In this document: positions 19,467 through 30,535 of the stretch, piece by piece | How the letters are laid out: each line of letters opens with the position of its first letter | Numbering within the stretch: the stretch's first letter is position 1 | Assembly: GCA_963664815.2 (NCBI GenBank) | Contig: CAXXHB010000003.1 | Span: 928,001-992,000 of the forward strand | DNA: 64,000 nucleotides | From: Spirochaetota bacterium | GTDB lineage: Bacteria > Spirochaetota > UBA4802 > UBA5550 | Direction of reading: 5' to 3' | Program-made: the position numbers and the translations under genes | Notes under the pieces: generated by a model | Seen by the model: the letters and a program-made list of their open reading frames with translations, nothing else | What the model was told of the DNA's origin: nothing | Database searches by the model: none

Positions 19467-20838
19467 GACAACCTCCGGAGAGATAGCGGCGATAACCGGC
19501 GGGAAGATAATCTCCGGAGCCCATGATGTTATCATTGAAACTGTATCCACAGATTCAAGGGATCTTGGCGATAATACTCTCTTTATACCGATAATCGGCG
19601 AGTCCTTTGACGGACATAGTTTTATCGATGAGCTTTCTGCCGAAGGGAAGATAGTCTGCTCCCTTACAATGAAAGAAGGTTATGGGATTCCGGCATCCGG
19701 TTCAGAAACTGTTCTGATTAAATGCGACGATACCCTTTCCGCTCTCGGCAGAATCGGTAAATTTCACAGGGACAGGTTCAGACCTGTAATGCTGGGAATC
19801 ACCGGCACAAACGGCAAGACAACTACCAAAGAACTTATTTACGCGGTTTTATCCTCGTCATATAAAACACACAAAAACGTGAAAAATTATAATAATGAAA
19901 TTGGAGTTCCCTTTACCCTCCTTCAGCTTGATGAAGGTCATGAAGCTGCAATAATAGAAATGGGGATGAATCATACGGGGGAGATTGAAAGGCTTTCATT
20001 ATTGGTATCGCCTGAAATCGGCGTTATTACAAATATAGGCGCGGGGCATCTTGAGTTTCTGGGGAGCATGGAGAACGTCGCGTTTGCCAAATCTGAGATT
20101 ATGAAGGGGATGAAGAAGGGTTCCACGCTGATAGTTAACAAAGACACAGAGTGTTTTCATCTGATAAAAAAAATTGCTGATGATAACGGTATTAAACTCT
20201 TCACATTTGGTCTTGATGCCGGTTCAGACCTCAAACCCGATTCGTTTAAGCTTTCTGCTGAAAAAACTGTTTTAGTGTATAAAAATGAAACTGTTACTGT
20301 TCCGTTATACGGCAGACATAATGTGTATAATATACTCGCTGCTCTTGCTGTTTCAGAAATGATGAATATAAAAATTCATCAGGCGGCGGAGGCCCTTTCC
20401 GGTTTTATAAACGTGGGGGGGAGAAGTGAAATCATTGACAGGGGATATACTGTTATCAATGATACATATAATTCAAATCCTCTTTCATCACTCTTTGCCC
20501 TTGAGTCTGTGTGTGATGTATTCCCCGGAAGAAGAAAAATTGCCGTGCTTGCTGATATGAAGGAACTTGGCGAATCATCCTGCGTTTACCATGTAAAGGT
20601 CGGAGAGTTTGCCGGCGCAAGAAATTTTGATCTTCTTCTGCTGTATGGCGAAATGTCGCAGTATTACGAGAAGGGCGCATTATCCGCCGGAATGAACAGT
20701 TCATCTGTGAAGATATTTGATTCAAAAGAAGATATAGCCATTTACCTGAACGGGTATCTGAAGGAAAAAGACGTTGTTCTTGTAAAGGGTTCTCGCTCCA
20801 TGAAAATGGAAGATGTAGTTAACAGACTTATCGCATGA
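19450..20838 (+). CDS. murF: UDP-MurNAc-tripeptide:D-Ala-D-Ala ligase
   Basis: GITGTNGKTTTKE, NNEIGVP, EMGMNH, NDTYNSNP, VKGSR. Confidence 0.96.
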   Translation: MKGTFKTTSGEIAAITGGKIISGAHDVIIETVSTDSRDLGDNTLFIPIIGESFDGHSFIDELSAEGKIVCSLTMKEGYGIPASGSETVLIKCDDTLSALGRIGKFHRDRFRPVMLGITGTNGKTTTKELIYAVLSSSYKTHKNVKNYNNEIGVPFTLLQLDEGHEAAIIEMGMNHTGEIERLSLLVSPEIGVITNIGAGHLEFLGSMENVAFAKSEIMKGMKKGSTLIVNKDTECFHLIKKIADDNGIKLFTFGLDAGSDLKPDSFKLSAEKTVLVYKNETVTVPLYGRHNVYNILAALAVSEMMNIKIHQAAEALSGFINVGGRSEIIDRGYTVINDTYNSNPLSSLFALESVCDVFPGRRKIAVLADMKELGESSCVYHVKVGEFAGARNFDLLLLYGEMSQYYEKGALSAGMNSSSVKIFDSKEDIAIYLNGYLKEKDVVLVKGSRSMKMEDVVNRLIA

Positions 20839-20850
20839 GGTGAAAAAAAG

Positions 20851-21936
20851 ATGTTTTACCATCTGGTACTGCCTTTAAAGGAATATGTTTCGTACTTCAG
20901 ACTGTTTCAATATATAACATTCAGGTCTATGGCCGCGGCTGTTACGTCATTGATTCTTGTTCTCATTTTCGGGAATATAATTATAAAATGGCTTCAGAGG
21001 CTGAAGCTGGGCGAGGAGATACGCGCACTTGGTCCGGAAAGCCACAAATCGAAAGCCGGTACCCCGACAATGGGCGGAATAATAATAGTCGGCGCGGTGG
21101 TAATTTCCATGCTGTTCTGGGGAAATTTTGCAAACCATTATGTCGGTGTTCTGATGGTCGCAACAATATGCCTTACAATTCTCGGTTTTGTTGATGATTA
21201 TATAAAGAGCGTCCGTAAAAAAAAGGACGGAGTGAATGCACAGCTTAAACTTTTTATCTCGATTGTGATAGCGGCAGGCGTTGCTGTCAGTTTATACTTT
21301 TTCCCGTCGAATGTGAAGGAGGCTACAACTCTTTATGTGCCATTCATCAATAATGCAGTGATAAATCTTGGCAGTATCTGGATTGTATTTGCAATAGTAG
21401 TAATTATCGCAAGTTCACATGCGGTAAACCTTACTGACGGCCTGGATGGTCTTGCAACCGGCACTGTGGCAATTGTGGCGGTCACTCTTTCAATTATGAC
21501 ATATCTTACCGGCAATATAAAAACTGCGGAATATCTTTTAATTCCATATATAGCCCACAGCGCCGAGCTGACGGTTTTCCTGTCGGCGCTCACAGGCGCG
21601 CTTATCGGTTTTCTGTGGTTCAACAGCAATCCGGCGACTGTTTTTATGGGAGATACAGGTTCTCTGGCTCTTGGAGGAATAATTGGTATTGTGGCGGTCA
21701 TGATAAAGAAAGAGATTTTTCTTTTTATTGTCGGGGGCGTCTTTGTTATTGAGGCTATTTCGGTGATTATACAAGTGGGATCATTCAAGATGAGGAAAAA
21801 GAGAGTATTTAAAATGGCTCCTATTCATCATCACTTTGAGCTGTCGGGATGGCCGGAGCAGAAGGTCGTTGTTAGAATGTGGATTCTCGGCATTCTGCTG
21901 GCTCTTCTTGGCCTTGCATCTCTTAAAATTATATAA
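20851..21936 (+). CDS. mraY: Phospho-MurNAc-pentapeptide translocase
   Basis: KAGTPTMGG, DDY, NLTDGLDGL, FMGDTGS, MAPIHHHFE. Confidence 0.97.
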   Translation: MFYHLVLPLKEYVSYFRLFQYITFRSMAAAVTSLILVLIFGNIIIKWLQRLKLGEEIRALGPESHKSKAGTPTMGGIIIVGAVVISMLFWGNFANHYVGVLMVATICLTILGFVDDYIKSVRKKKDGVNAQLKLFISIVIAAGVAVSLYFFPSNVKEATTLYVPFINNAVINLGSIWIVFAIVVIIASSHAVNLTDGLDGLATGTVAIVAVTLSIMTYLTGNIKTAEYLLIPYIAHSAELTVFLSALTGALIGFLWFNSNPATVFMGDTGSLALGGIIGIVAVMIKKEIFLFIVGGVFVIEAISVIIQVGSFKMRKKRVFKMAPIHHHFELSGWPEQKVVVRMWILGILLALLGLASLKII

Positions 21937-21949
21937 AAGGTTGAAGTAA

Positions 21950-23335
21950 ATGACTGAAGTCTACGGAAAAGTACTGGTTGTCGGTCTTGGTTACAGAACC
22001 GGAGTTGCTGCGGCGGGATTTTTATCTGCACGTGGAGCGGTTGTTACAGTTTCTGATATCAAAAGCGAAGATGAACTCAAAGACCTGATATCTAAACTTG
22101 ACCCTGCTGTAAAGGTTATTGCCGGGCATCAGAAACCGGAGATACTTGATAACGGATTTGACCTTGTTGTACTAAGCCCGGGAGTCCCTGCAGCCATACC
22201 GCTTATTCAGGAGGCTTACAGCAGAAAGATTCCTGTAATCTCCGAGATTGAACTTGCATTCCGCAACATGAAGGGGAGTATTATAGGCATTACCGGGACA
22301 GACGGCAAATCCACTACCACAACTCTTACCGGCCATATATTCAGCGAACTTGGGTTTGATACTTTTATCGGCGGGAATATCGGGATACCATTAATTTCGT
22401 TTGCCGATAAAACAACGGATAAAACAGTAACTGTTATTGAACTTTCGTCATTTCAGCTTGAAACTGTAGACACCTTCAAACCTGATGTGGCGGCAATACT
22501 CAATGTTACACCGGATCACCTTGACAGATACAGTGATATGGAAGGATATTTCAGCGCAAAAAAAAGAATCTTTCTGCACCAGGATTATGATGATTTTTTC
22601 ATATACAACAGGGATAATGAAATCCTGGAAAACAGCAGAAAAGATTACCCTTCGAAGACATTAACATTTTCTGTTGACGATGAAAGCGCGGACTCTTTCT
22701 ATATGGATGGAGTGGTCTACATTATACATGAAGGTTCAACAATACCGGTAGTTAAAGTGAATAAGCTTAACATCATGGGGATACACAATATTCAGAATGT
22801 TATGGCATCTGTCCTTATGGTTACCTCTCTTCATAAAAAACTGGGAATCACGCCGGACTTCCATATGATTGCAGAAGCCTGCTACTCGTTTAAGGGTCTG
22901 GAACACCGGATGGAATATGCCGGTGAGTTTATGGGAAGAACCTTTGTAAACGATTCCAAGGCAACTACTATCGGTGCTGTCGAGATGGCTGTTAAGAGCA
23001 TCAAAGACAGGGGTGTCGTCATAATAGGCGGAAGGACAAAGGGTGATGATTACACGAGACTCAGGGATGTAATCGGAAGCAAAGCGAGATGTATTGTGCT
23101 TATCGGTGAATCGAGCGATATGTTTTCAGAAATTTTCAGAGGATTCAATATTGTCAGGGCGTCAACTATGGAGGATGCTGTTTTGAAGTCGATGAAAAAC
23201 TCTGAAGAGGGGGACATGATTCTGCTCTCTCCGGCCTGTGCCTCTTTTGACATGTTCACAAGCTATGACGAGCGCGGAAAAATATTTAAAGATTGCGTTA
23301 ATAAACTGTCGGAGGGTAAAATCTCTTGGATCTGA
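21950..23335 (+). CDS. murD: UDP-MurNAc-L-Ala:D-Glu ligase
   Basis: SPGVP, GITGTDGKSTTT, ELSSFQL, DHLDRY, NDSKAT, LSPACASFD. Confidence 0.97.
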   Translation: MTEVYGKVLVVGLGYRTGVAAAGFLSARGAVVTVSDIKSEDELKDLISKLDPAVKVIAGHQKPEILDNGFDLVVLSPGVPAAIPLIQEAYSRKIPVISEIELAFRNMKGSIIGITGTDGKSTTTTLTGHIFSELGFDTFIGGNIGIPLISFADKTTDKTVTVIELSSFQLETVDTFKPDVAAILNVTPDHLDRYSDMEGYFSAKKRIFLHQDYDDFFIYNRDNEILENSRKDYPSKTLTFSVDDESADSFYMDGVVYIIHEGSTIPVVKVNKLNIMGIHNIQNVMASVLMVTSLHKKLGITPDFHMIAEACYSFKGLEHRMEYAGEFMGRTFVNDSKATTIGAVEMAVKSIKDRGVVIIGGRTKGDDYTRLRDVIGSKARCIVLIGESSDMFSEIFRGFNIVRASTMEDAVLKSMKNSEEGDMILLSPACASFDMFTSYDERGKIFKDCVNKLSEGKISWI

Positions 23336-24483
23336 AAGATGTGCTTGATACAAGAAGAAAGGGTGAGCCGGATCTGGTTCTTTTCATGGCAGTCTTTACG
23401 CTTGCAGGTATCGGGCTTGCAATGAGTTACAGTGCCAGCGCTGTATTTGCCTTCCGCGTATTCGGCGATTCTTTTCATTTTCTTAAACGGCAGATTGCAT
23501 GGGCGGTGATAGGTCTTGCAGCGCTTTTTATCTTTCAGAGAATAGATTACAGGGAATACATCAAGCATACAAGAATTATGCTTCTTGTCTCAATACTGCT
23601 TCTTTTAATTGTACTGATTCCGGGACTTGGTTCCAGTGTCAAGGGATCGTCAAGATGGATCAGTATAGGTCCGGCAAACATTCAGCCCTCAGAGTTCATT
23701 AAACTGGTCGCCGTAATATACCTTGTGAAAATATACTCCTCGGAAACAAAAGAAAACCATGTAATACAGCTCCTTGTCCCTATGCTGGTAATTGCCCTAA
23801 TATTTATTCTTGTAATGCTCCAGCCCGATTTCGGGACCGCAATGGATCTTCTTGTTGTATCTGTATTTATACTTTTTGTATCAGGGTTTCCTCTGTTCTA
23901 TATTCTTTCACTTTTTATCCTGAGTATTCCGATGTTCTATCTGCTGATATACCAGGTTTCATACAGATGGGATCGTGTCCTGGCCTATGTTGACCCATGG
24001 CATGACAGGTATGGTATAGGATATCATGTAATCCAGTCATTTACGGCTTTTAAAAAAGGGGGACTTTTGGGGGTTGGACTCGGTTTCGGAACACAGAAAA
24101 TTGCGAGGCTGCCTGAACCTCATACTGATTTTATATTCGCGGTGATAGCTGAAGAAACCGGGTTAATCGGCACAGTTTTTCTTGCGCTTCTTTTCTGCTT
24201 CATTTTCTGGAGAGGTACGCTGATTGCCCTGCAGGCGCCTGATGATTTTGGAAGGCTGCTGGCTGTGGGTTTAAGTTTACTGATAGTTGTACAGGCGTTT
24301 ATTAATATGGGAGTGGTTACTGGCGCGCTTCCCACTACCGGTGTTCCGCTGCCGTTTATAAGCTATGGCGGTTCTTCCCTGCTGACCAATATGATTGCCT
24401 CGGGGATACTGCTGAATATATCTAAATACAGGGAAGTATCTGTACGTGAAGTGAAATTTGAAGAGGTATGGAGTAATGAGTAA
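23326..24483 (+). CDS. ftsW: SEDS peptidoglycan polymerase FtsW
   Basis: RWI, QPSEFIK, QPDFGT, LPEPHTDFIF, LPFISYGGSS. Confidence 0.96.
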   Translation: MDLKDVLDTRRKGEPDLVLFMAVFTLAGIGLAMSYSASAVFAFRVFGDSFHFLKRQIAWAVIGLAALFIFQRIDYREYIKHTRIMLLVSILLLLIVLIPGLGSSVKGSSRWISIGPANIQPSEFIKLVAVIYLVKIYSSETKENHVIQLLVPMLVIALIFILVMLQPDFGTAMDLLVVSVFILFVSGFPLFYILSLFILSIPMFYLLIYQVSYRWDRVLAYVDPWHDRYGIGYHVIQSFTAFKKGGLLGVGLGFGTQKIARLPEPHTDFIFAVIAEETGLIGTVFLALLFCFIFWRGTLIALQAPDDFGRLLAVGLSLLIVVQAFINMGVVTGALPTTGVPLPFISYGGSSLLTNMIASGILLNISKYREVSVREVKFEEVWSNE

Positions 24484-25594
24484 AAATATACTTATCATTG
24501 GAGGGGGAACAGGGGGTCATATAAGCCCCGGGATTGCCCTTTATGAAAAACTCGGCGAAGATGGAAAAACAAGCCCGCTATTCCTTACAGGAATTAATGA
24601 TCTGAGATTCGGATCTTTCAGTGAGATTGATAAAGAAAAGCTTTATACATACAATGCACCGGCGCTAACGAGAAATCCTTTTAAAATACCATTTTTCCTT
24701 TTAAGATTTACCGGCGCTGTCATGAAGACCATGAGAGTAATCAGAAAGAATAATGTATCGGCAGTTGTCGGAATGGGCGGTTACGTTTCGGCGCCGGCGC
24801 TTGTTGCGGCCAGGCTTCTCAAAATGCCTATTTTTCTCTGTGAACAGAATACTGTTCCCGGGAAGGTAACTGTTAAATTTGAAAAATATTGTGAAAAAAT
24901 ATTCGGAACTTTCCCCGATTCTGCATCTTATTTTAAGATGCCTGAAAAATATATCCACTGCGGGAATCCCATAAGAAACAACGTTCTGGTTCAGACACCG
25001 AAAAACGAGGCAAAGAAAGCATTTCATCTTGATCATTGTGATAAGGTTATACTTATAATCGGAGGGAGTCAGGGCGCCGTAAAACTCAATGATCTTGTAC
25101 TCGGGCTGAAAAAAGCATACCCCGGAGAGTTTAAAAATATAGGAATTATCTGGAGTACCGGGGATTACTCATTCGACGAGTATAAACTGAAGTCACAAAC
25201 CGAAGTTGAGGCCGGATCGGTTTATATCTCACCCTATATTAAAAGAGTCGGCAAGGCGTACAGAGCCTGTGACATATCGATATCAAGATCAGGCGCGGGT
25301 GTTATGATGGAACTTGCAGCAGCAGGCGTTCCTTCTATACTGATTCCCTATCCCTTTGCAGCAATGGACCACCAGAGTAAAAACGCAGATTCATTTGCCG
25401 CAGCCGGAGCAGCAGTGAAAATCTCTGATAATGATGCTGTGGCGGAAAAAGTAGCTCCTGTGCTTTTTGACCTGCTCAGAAGTCCCAGGAAACTTAAAAT
25501 CATGTCTGACTGCGCGAAGAAAGCCTCCAAAATTGATGCTGCTGATGTAATAGTAAAAACCATAAAAGAAATACTTGAGATCAGAGGTAAGTAA
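24476..25594 (+). CDS. murG: Lipid I N-acetylglucosaminyltransferase
   Basis: GGGTGGHISP, GGYVS, EQN, GNPIR, GGSQGA, SRSGA. Confidence 0.96.
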   Translation: MSKNILIIGGGTGGHISPGIALYEKLGEDGKTSPLFLTGINDLRFGSFSEIDKEKLYTYNAPALTRNPFKIPFFLLRFTGAVMKTMRVIRKNNVSAVVGMGGYVSAPALVAARLLKMPIFLCEQNTVPGKVTVKFEKYCEKIFGTFPDSASYFKMPEKYIHCGNPIRNNVLVQTPKNEAKKAFHLDHCDKVILIIGGSQGAVKLNDLVLGLKKAYPGEFKNIGIIWSTGDYSFDEYKLKSQTEVEAGSVYISPYIKRVGKAYRACDISISRSGAGVMMELAAAGVPSILIPYPFAAMDHQSKNADSFAAAGAAVKISDNDAVAEKVAPVLFDLLRSPRKLKIMSDCAKKASKIDAADVIVKTIKEILEIRGK

Positions 25595-25595
25595 A

Positions 25596-26960
25596 TTGTT
25601 CAGAAAATCCAAAAGAATGCATTTTATAGGTATAGGCGGAATCGGTATGAGCGGTATTGCCGAGATACTTATAAATTTAGGATACGAAGTGTCAGGTTCC
25701 GATCTTAAATCATCGGAACAGACAAGAAGACTTGAGTCTCTCGGTGCGAAAGTCTTTGTCGGACATTTCCCTTCAAATATAACAGATTATCATGTAGTGG
25801 TAACATCCAGCGCCATAGACCCGACAAATCCTGAAATTATTGAAGCGAGAAAAAGAAATATCCCCATCATACACCGCTCAGAGATGCTTGCAGAACTGGT
25901 ACGTCTCAAACATGGTATAGGAGTAGCGGGAACCCACGGTAAAACAACAACATCGTCCATGCTCGCATCTGTTCTGAGCGATGGCGGAATGAATCCCACG
26001 GCGATAATCGGAGGGAAGGTATTCAATTTCGGATCAAACGCAAGGGTGGGTGAGGGACAGTATATAGTTTTTGAAGCGGATGAGTCAGACGGTTCTTTCC
26101 TTAAACTTCTTCCGAGTATTGCAATTGTAACCAACATTGATGCGGATCATCTCGATCATTATAAATATTTTGAAGGGCTGAAGGATGCTTTCCTGCAGTA
26201 TATAAACAATATCCCGTTTTACGGATATTCGGTTTTATGTACTGATGATAATGTAATAAAGGATCTTCTGCCGAGAATTGACCGGCCGTACTACACATAC
26301 GGTTTTAACGACGATGCAGACTTCACGGCATATAATGTAAGAATGGAAAATGGTACTACATGTTTTACCTGCAACTATAAAAAAAACCCTGTGGGAGATT
26401 TTTCTTTATACCAGCTGGGCAATCATAACGTTCTTAACTCCCTCTCTGTTATAGCTGTTGCGCTTGAACTTGGACTTAAATATGAGCAGATAAAAGCCGG
26501 ACTGAATAATTTTAAGGGAGTCGGAAGAAGGCTTGAGAAGATTGGAGAGAAGAACGGAATACTTGTAATGGATGATTACGGGCATCATCCCACCGAAATC
26601 AGGGCAACGCTGTCAGCTCTCAAAAACCTTGGGCGGAGGATAGTTGTAATATTCCAGCCGCACCGCTATACGAGGACTGAACTTCTGTGGGATGAATTCG
26701 GTCAGTCTTTCGCAAACGCCGATGAAGTATTTCTCGCTGATATTTACCCGGCCGGAGAGGACCCGATTGAGGGAGTTTCAGCCGATCTGATATGCCAGGC
26801 GGTTAAGAAGCATGAAAACAGGGAAGCAGTTTATATTCATAAGTTTGAGGATATAGCTGCAACTGTGGTAAAAGTTTTAAAAGAGGGTGATATTGTAATC
26901 ACGCTGGGAGCCGGGGATATTCATAAAGCGGGCCCAGTAATACTTGAGCTGATAAAGTGA
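25596..26960 (+). CDS. murC: UDP-MurNAc:L-Ala ligase
   Basis: HFIGIGGIGMSG, GTHGKTTT, EADESDGSFL, DDYGHHPTE, QPHRY. Confidence 0.97.
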   Translation: MFRKSKRMHFIGIGGIGMSGIAEILINLGYEVSGSDLKSSEQTRRLESLGAKVFVGHFPSNITDYHVVVTSSAIDPTNPEIIEARKRNIPIIHRSEMLAELVRLKHGIGVAGTHGKTTTSSMLASVLSDGGMNPTAIIGGKVFNFGSNARVGEGQYIVFEADESDGSFLKLLPSIAIVTNIDADHLDHYKYFEGLKDAFLQYINNIPFYGYSVLCTDDNVIKDLLPRIDRPYYTYGFNDDADFTAYNVRMENGTTCFTCNYKKNPVGDFSLYQLGNHNVLNSLSVIAVALELGLKYEQIKAGLNNFKGVGRRLEKIGEKNGILVMDDYGHHPTEIRATLSALKNLGRRIVVIFQPHRYTRTELLWDEFGQSFANADEVFLADIYPAGEDPIEGVSADLICQAVKKHENREAVYIHKFEDIAATVVKVLKEGDIVITLGAGDIHKAGPVILELIK

Positions 26961-26966
26961 GATAAT

Positions 26967-27662
26967 GTGAACCTGAAAAGAATAATATTTCCGGTTATTA
27001 TTGCTTTTGCTGTAGCAGCACCGGCGGCATCTGATTCTCCTGTTTATATTGAAAGAATCGAGTTCAAAGGGATAAAGAATGTTGATAAATATGAAATTGT
27101 CAGAAATTCAAGGGCAAAAGTATCGGAGAAGGGGATAATCATTGATATAAACAGCCTTAAAGAGGTTATGAACGGAAGTGTTATGATTAATAATTATGAT
27201 GTTGATGTTGAAAACAATACGCTGATCATAACAGTAACTGAAAAATACCCGTTATTTATGGTACTCAAGGTTGAAAAAAATATCAGTATTCCATGTCTTG
27301 TCGATGAAAACAGAAATGTTCTTGAATCGGGGCGATTTTTTAAAACAGATATGCCGATAATAATTGCAGAGAAAGAGTTCTTTGATAACGAAAAGAATAA
27401 TTTCTATTTTAAGAGTCTGTTTGACAGCCTGTCATGGCTATTAAGGGAAAAGGGTGATTTCGCCGGAGAGCTCTCCGAGATAGAAATACGGGAGAATATG
27501 GATCTCAGGATAAAATTAAAAAGCCGAAAAACAGGTTTTATTGTAAAAAATGATTTGAAAGGTTTTATTAAAATTGAGAAGAGTGCCGCTTACCTTGATG
27601 CAGTGAATACCTATCCTGAGATGCTTGATCTCAGGGATAAAAGGGTTCTCATCGGGCAATAG
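26967..27662 (+). CDS. ftsQ: FtsQ/DivIB-like POTRA protein
   Basis: N-terminal hydrophobic segment, POTRA-like IERIEFKG..NTLIITVTEK, C-terminal LDLR; position before ftsA. Confidence 0.7.
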   Translation: MNLKRIIFPVIIAFAVAAPAASDSPVYIERIEFKGIKNVDKYEIVRNSRAKVSEKGIIIDINSLKEVMNGSVMINNYDVDVENNTLIITVTEKYPLFMVLKVEKNISIPCLVDENRNVLESGRFFKTDMPIIIAEKEFFDNEKNNFYFKSLFDSLSWLLREKGDFAGELSEIEIRENMDLRIKLKSRKTGFIVKNDLKGFIKIEKSAAYLDAVNTYPEMLDLRDKRVLIGQ

Positions 27663-27677
27663 ACAAGAGGTTAATGT

Positions 27678-28901
27678 ATGGAAGATATTATTGTAGGCCT
27701 TGATGTCGGGACGACAAAAACATGCGCGGTGATCGGGTACCTGAATGAAAATAATCAGGTTGAGATTGCCGGAGTTGGAGTTGCCCCTTCAAGAGGATTG
27801 AAAAACGGGGTTATAGTTAATATAGATAATACTTCAGCGTCAATAGTCAAGGCTATTGAGGATGCAGAGCTTATGGCGGGGTACGAGGTAAGCAGCGTAT
27901 TTGTCGGAATCAGCGGTCAGCATATAAAGGGTGAAAATTCAAAGGGTGTTGTGGCAATTGCCAACAGGAACAGAACAATATCCACTCTTGAAGTAAAAAG
28001 AGTAATTGAAGCGGCGCAGGCAATTGTAATCCCTGTTGACAGGGAGATAATGCACGTTCTGTCAAAGGAATTTTCAGTTGATGATCAGTCCGGAATAAAA
28101 GATCCGGTTGGAATGAGCGGTGTGAGGCTTGAGGCTGAGGTTCATATAATAACTGCGGCAACTACAAGCATTCAGAACATGATAAAATCAGTGGCCAAGG
28201 CCGGTTTTCAGCACAGGGATATTGTTTTTAACCCGATTGCATCGGCAGATGCAGTTATAGGGAGAGATGAACGTGATCTGGGAGTAGCGCTTGTGGATTT
28301 AGGTGGAGGAACAACAGATATTATAGTATATCTGGAAGGGGGGGTGGCGTATTCTTCAGTACTTCCTGTGGGGAGTATTCATATAACAAACGATATATCA
28401 ATAGGACTCAGAACTTCAATTGAATCGGCGGAAATGATAAAGAAGAAGTATGGCTGCGCAGAGCTGTCTCTTGTTGACGCATCTGAAATGGTTGAAGTGC
28501 CGTCAGTCGGAGGCAGGGCTCCGAGAAGACTGTTCCGGCAGGAACTTACGCAGATTATTCAGCCCCGTGTAAGCGAGATAATGGAGATGGTTGACCATGA
28601 ACTGATGAAAAGCGGCAGAAAGGATATGCTGGCGGCCGGAATTGTAATAACCGGCGGTGGAAGTATGCTTGATGGATGTGTCGAAGCGGCTGAAAGGGTG
28701 TTTAATATGCCTGTGCGGATAGGAACACCGTCAGATATAGTTGGACTCAAAGATGTTGTGGCGACTCCGCAGTTTGCTAACGGGGTTGGTCTTCTGAAAT
28801 ATGGCATAAAGATGAGCAAGTTCCGGGGGCAGGGGAAGTACAGTCAGAGAAAATCCGGGTTAGTTGACAAGCTTAAGAAAGTATTTGAGGAGTATTTGTA
28901 A
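27678..28901 (+). CDS. ftsA: Cell division protein FtsA
   Basis: GLDVGTTK, DLGGGTTD, VITGGG, C-terminal amphipathic helix. Confidence 0.97.
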   Translation: MEDIIVGLDVGTTKTCAVIGYLNENNQVEIAGVGVAPSRGLKNGVIVNIDNTSASIVKAIEDAELMAGYEVSSVFVGISGQHIKGENSKGVVAIANRNRTISTLEVKRVIEAAQAIVIPVDREIMHVLSKEFSVDDQSGIKDPVGMSGVRLEAEVHIITAATTSIQNMIKSVAKAGFQHRDIVFNPIASADAVIGRDERDLGVALVDLGGGTTDIIVYLEGGVAYSSVLPVGSIHITNDISIGLRTSIESAEMIKKKYGCAELSLVDASEMVEVPSVGGRAPRRLFRQELTQIIQPRVSEIMEMVDHELMKSGRKDMLAAGIVITGGGSMLDGCVEAAERVFNMPVRIGTPSDIVGLKDVVATPQFANGVGLLKYGIKMSKFRGQGKYSQRKSGLVDKLKKVFEEYL

Positions 28902-29306
28902 TTTTTTTTGCCAAATTGCCAATAAGATTAAAACTGATTTGACAAATAAAATTAATTTTTTTAAATATAAATACTTTATTAGCAATAGCAATGATTAATC
29001 CTATTTTAATTAATTTAAAATTCTCTGGGCATGACTTTTAGTATTTTTTCCGGTTTTACATTATATTAAACTGTGGATGCCGGAATTTAATGAGTTAATC
29101 AGGAACGGTAAACCGACATTCTGTTTACTCTGTCGAAGGTTTTTAAGGTTATCAGGTTGCGGCGCAGATTACATCAGCCGTTTGGACTGGGCGGATTTTT
29201 ATAAAGAATAATAAAGTCATATGAATCAGATTTAAAAGAGACTCTAAGTATAAGCTTTAATGAGACATAATGCAGGATAAATAAAAAGACCGGATCGGGA
29301 GGATAC

Positions 29307-30488
29307 ATGTTCAAACTAGAAGAAGAAAAGCCGATGTCAACGATTATTAAGGTTATAGGTGTTGGTGGAGCGGGAACCAATGCTGTTAACAGAATGATCG
29401 CTACTGGCATGGACGGTGTAGAGTTTATCGTTGCCAATACGGATGCGCAGCAGCTTCGGGATTGCCTGGCACAGGAAAAGATTCAGCTTGGATCTAAACT
29501 AACCAGGGGACTTGGTGCGGGTGCCAATCCGGAGATTGGCAGGGAAGCCGCCAATGAGGACAGGGACAAGATAAGTAAGTCCCTGAAAGGCGCAGATATG
29601 GTTTTCATCACTTCGGGAATGGGTGGCGGGACCGGAACAGGAGCTGCCCCCGTTGTAGCCGAGGTTGCGAAAGAGCAGGGAGCCCTTGTTGTCGGTGTTG
29701 TGACCAAGCCTTTTAAAGTTGAAGGAAAAAGAAGAATGGCGCAGGCGGAGGAGGGGATAAGGAATCTTAAAACTAAAGTAGATACTCTTATTACAATTCC
29801 TAACGATCTTCTTCTTAAAATAATAGACAGGAAAACTCCCATTGAAGATGCATTCAAACTTGCAGATGATATACTGCGACAGGGTGTACAGGGAATAGCC
29901 GATCTTATTATGGTAACAGGCCTTGTAAATGTTGACTTTGCTGATGTCAGAACTGTAATGAAAGAAACAGGCGACGCGCTTATGGGTGTAGGTATAGGAA
30001 CCGGTGAGAATAAGGCTCTTGAGGCGACAATGATGGCTATAAACAGCCCTCTTCTCGAGGAGACAAGTATTGAGGGGGCAAAGGCTGTACTCATCAATAT
30101 CGCCGGCGGTAATGACCTTTCACTCCATGAAGTGAACGAAGTTACAAATGAAATAACAAGGCAGGTAGATCCCGATGCCAATATAATTTTTGGTACAACT
30201 GTTGATCCAGCGCTTGATGACAAGGTGAGAATAACGGTAATAGCAACAGGTTTTGACCGGAAAAAGAATATGCTGACGGTGAATACTGTTAACAACATAA
30301 AACCGAGAGAAACCATAAGGGAAACAGGAGCAGCACTTACGCTGATCGAGGGGAAACAGGAAATACAGAAACCGAAACCGGTAGTCGCAAACAGGACATT
30401 TACGCTGGATTATGAAAGGAAAAACAGGAAAGATTACTCGAATGAAGACCTGGATATTCCGGCATTTTTAAGAAGAATGAGTGAATAG
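29307..30488 (+). CDS. ftsZ: Cell division GTPase FtsZ
   Basis: GGGTGTG, NVDFADV, C-terminal [10 protein letters not shown]. Confidence 0.98.
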   Translation: MFKLEEEKPMSTIIKVIGVGGAGTNAVNRMIATGMDGVEFIVANTDAQQLRDCLAQEKIQLGSKLTRGLGAGANPEIGREAANEDRDKISKSLKGADMVFITSGMGGGTGTGAAPVVAEVAKEQGALVVGVVTKPFKVEGKRRMAQAEEGIRNLKTKVDTLITIPNDLLLKIIDRKTPIEDAFKLADDILRQGVQGIADLIMVTGLVNVDFADVRTVMKETGDALMGVGIGTGENKALEATMMAINSPLLEETSIEGAKAVLINIAGGNDLSLHEVNEVTNEITRQVDPDANIIFGTTVDPALDDKVRITVIATGFDRKKNMLTVNTVNNIKPRETIRETGAALTLIEGKQEIQKPKPVVANRTFTLDYERKNRKDYSNEDLDIPAFLRRMSE

Positions 30489-30505
30489 TATCAACCCGAT
30501 ATACG

Positions 30506-30535
30506 GGCTGCCCGGTCTACGGGCAGCCATTTTTT
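30506..30535 (+). terminator. Intrinsic terminator after ftsZ
   Basis: ggctgcccg-gtcta-cgggcagcc followed by a T-run. Confidence 0.85.

Noticed and set aside
29483-30316. 277-aa ORF antisense to ftsZ
   Set aside because: Typical antisense open frame of a codon-biased conserved gene.
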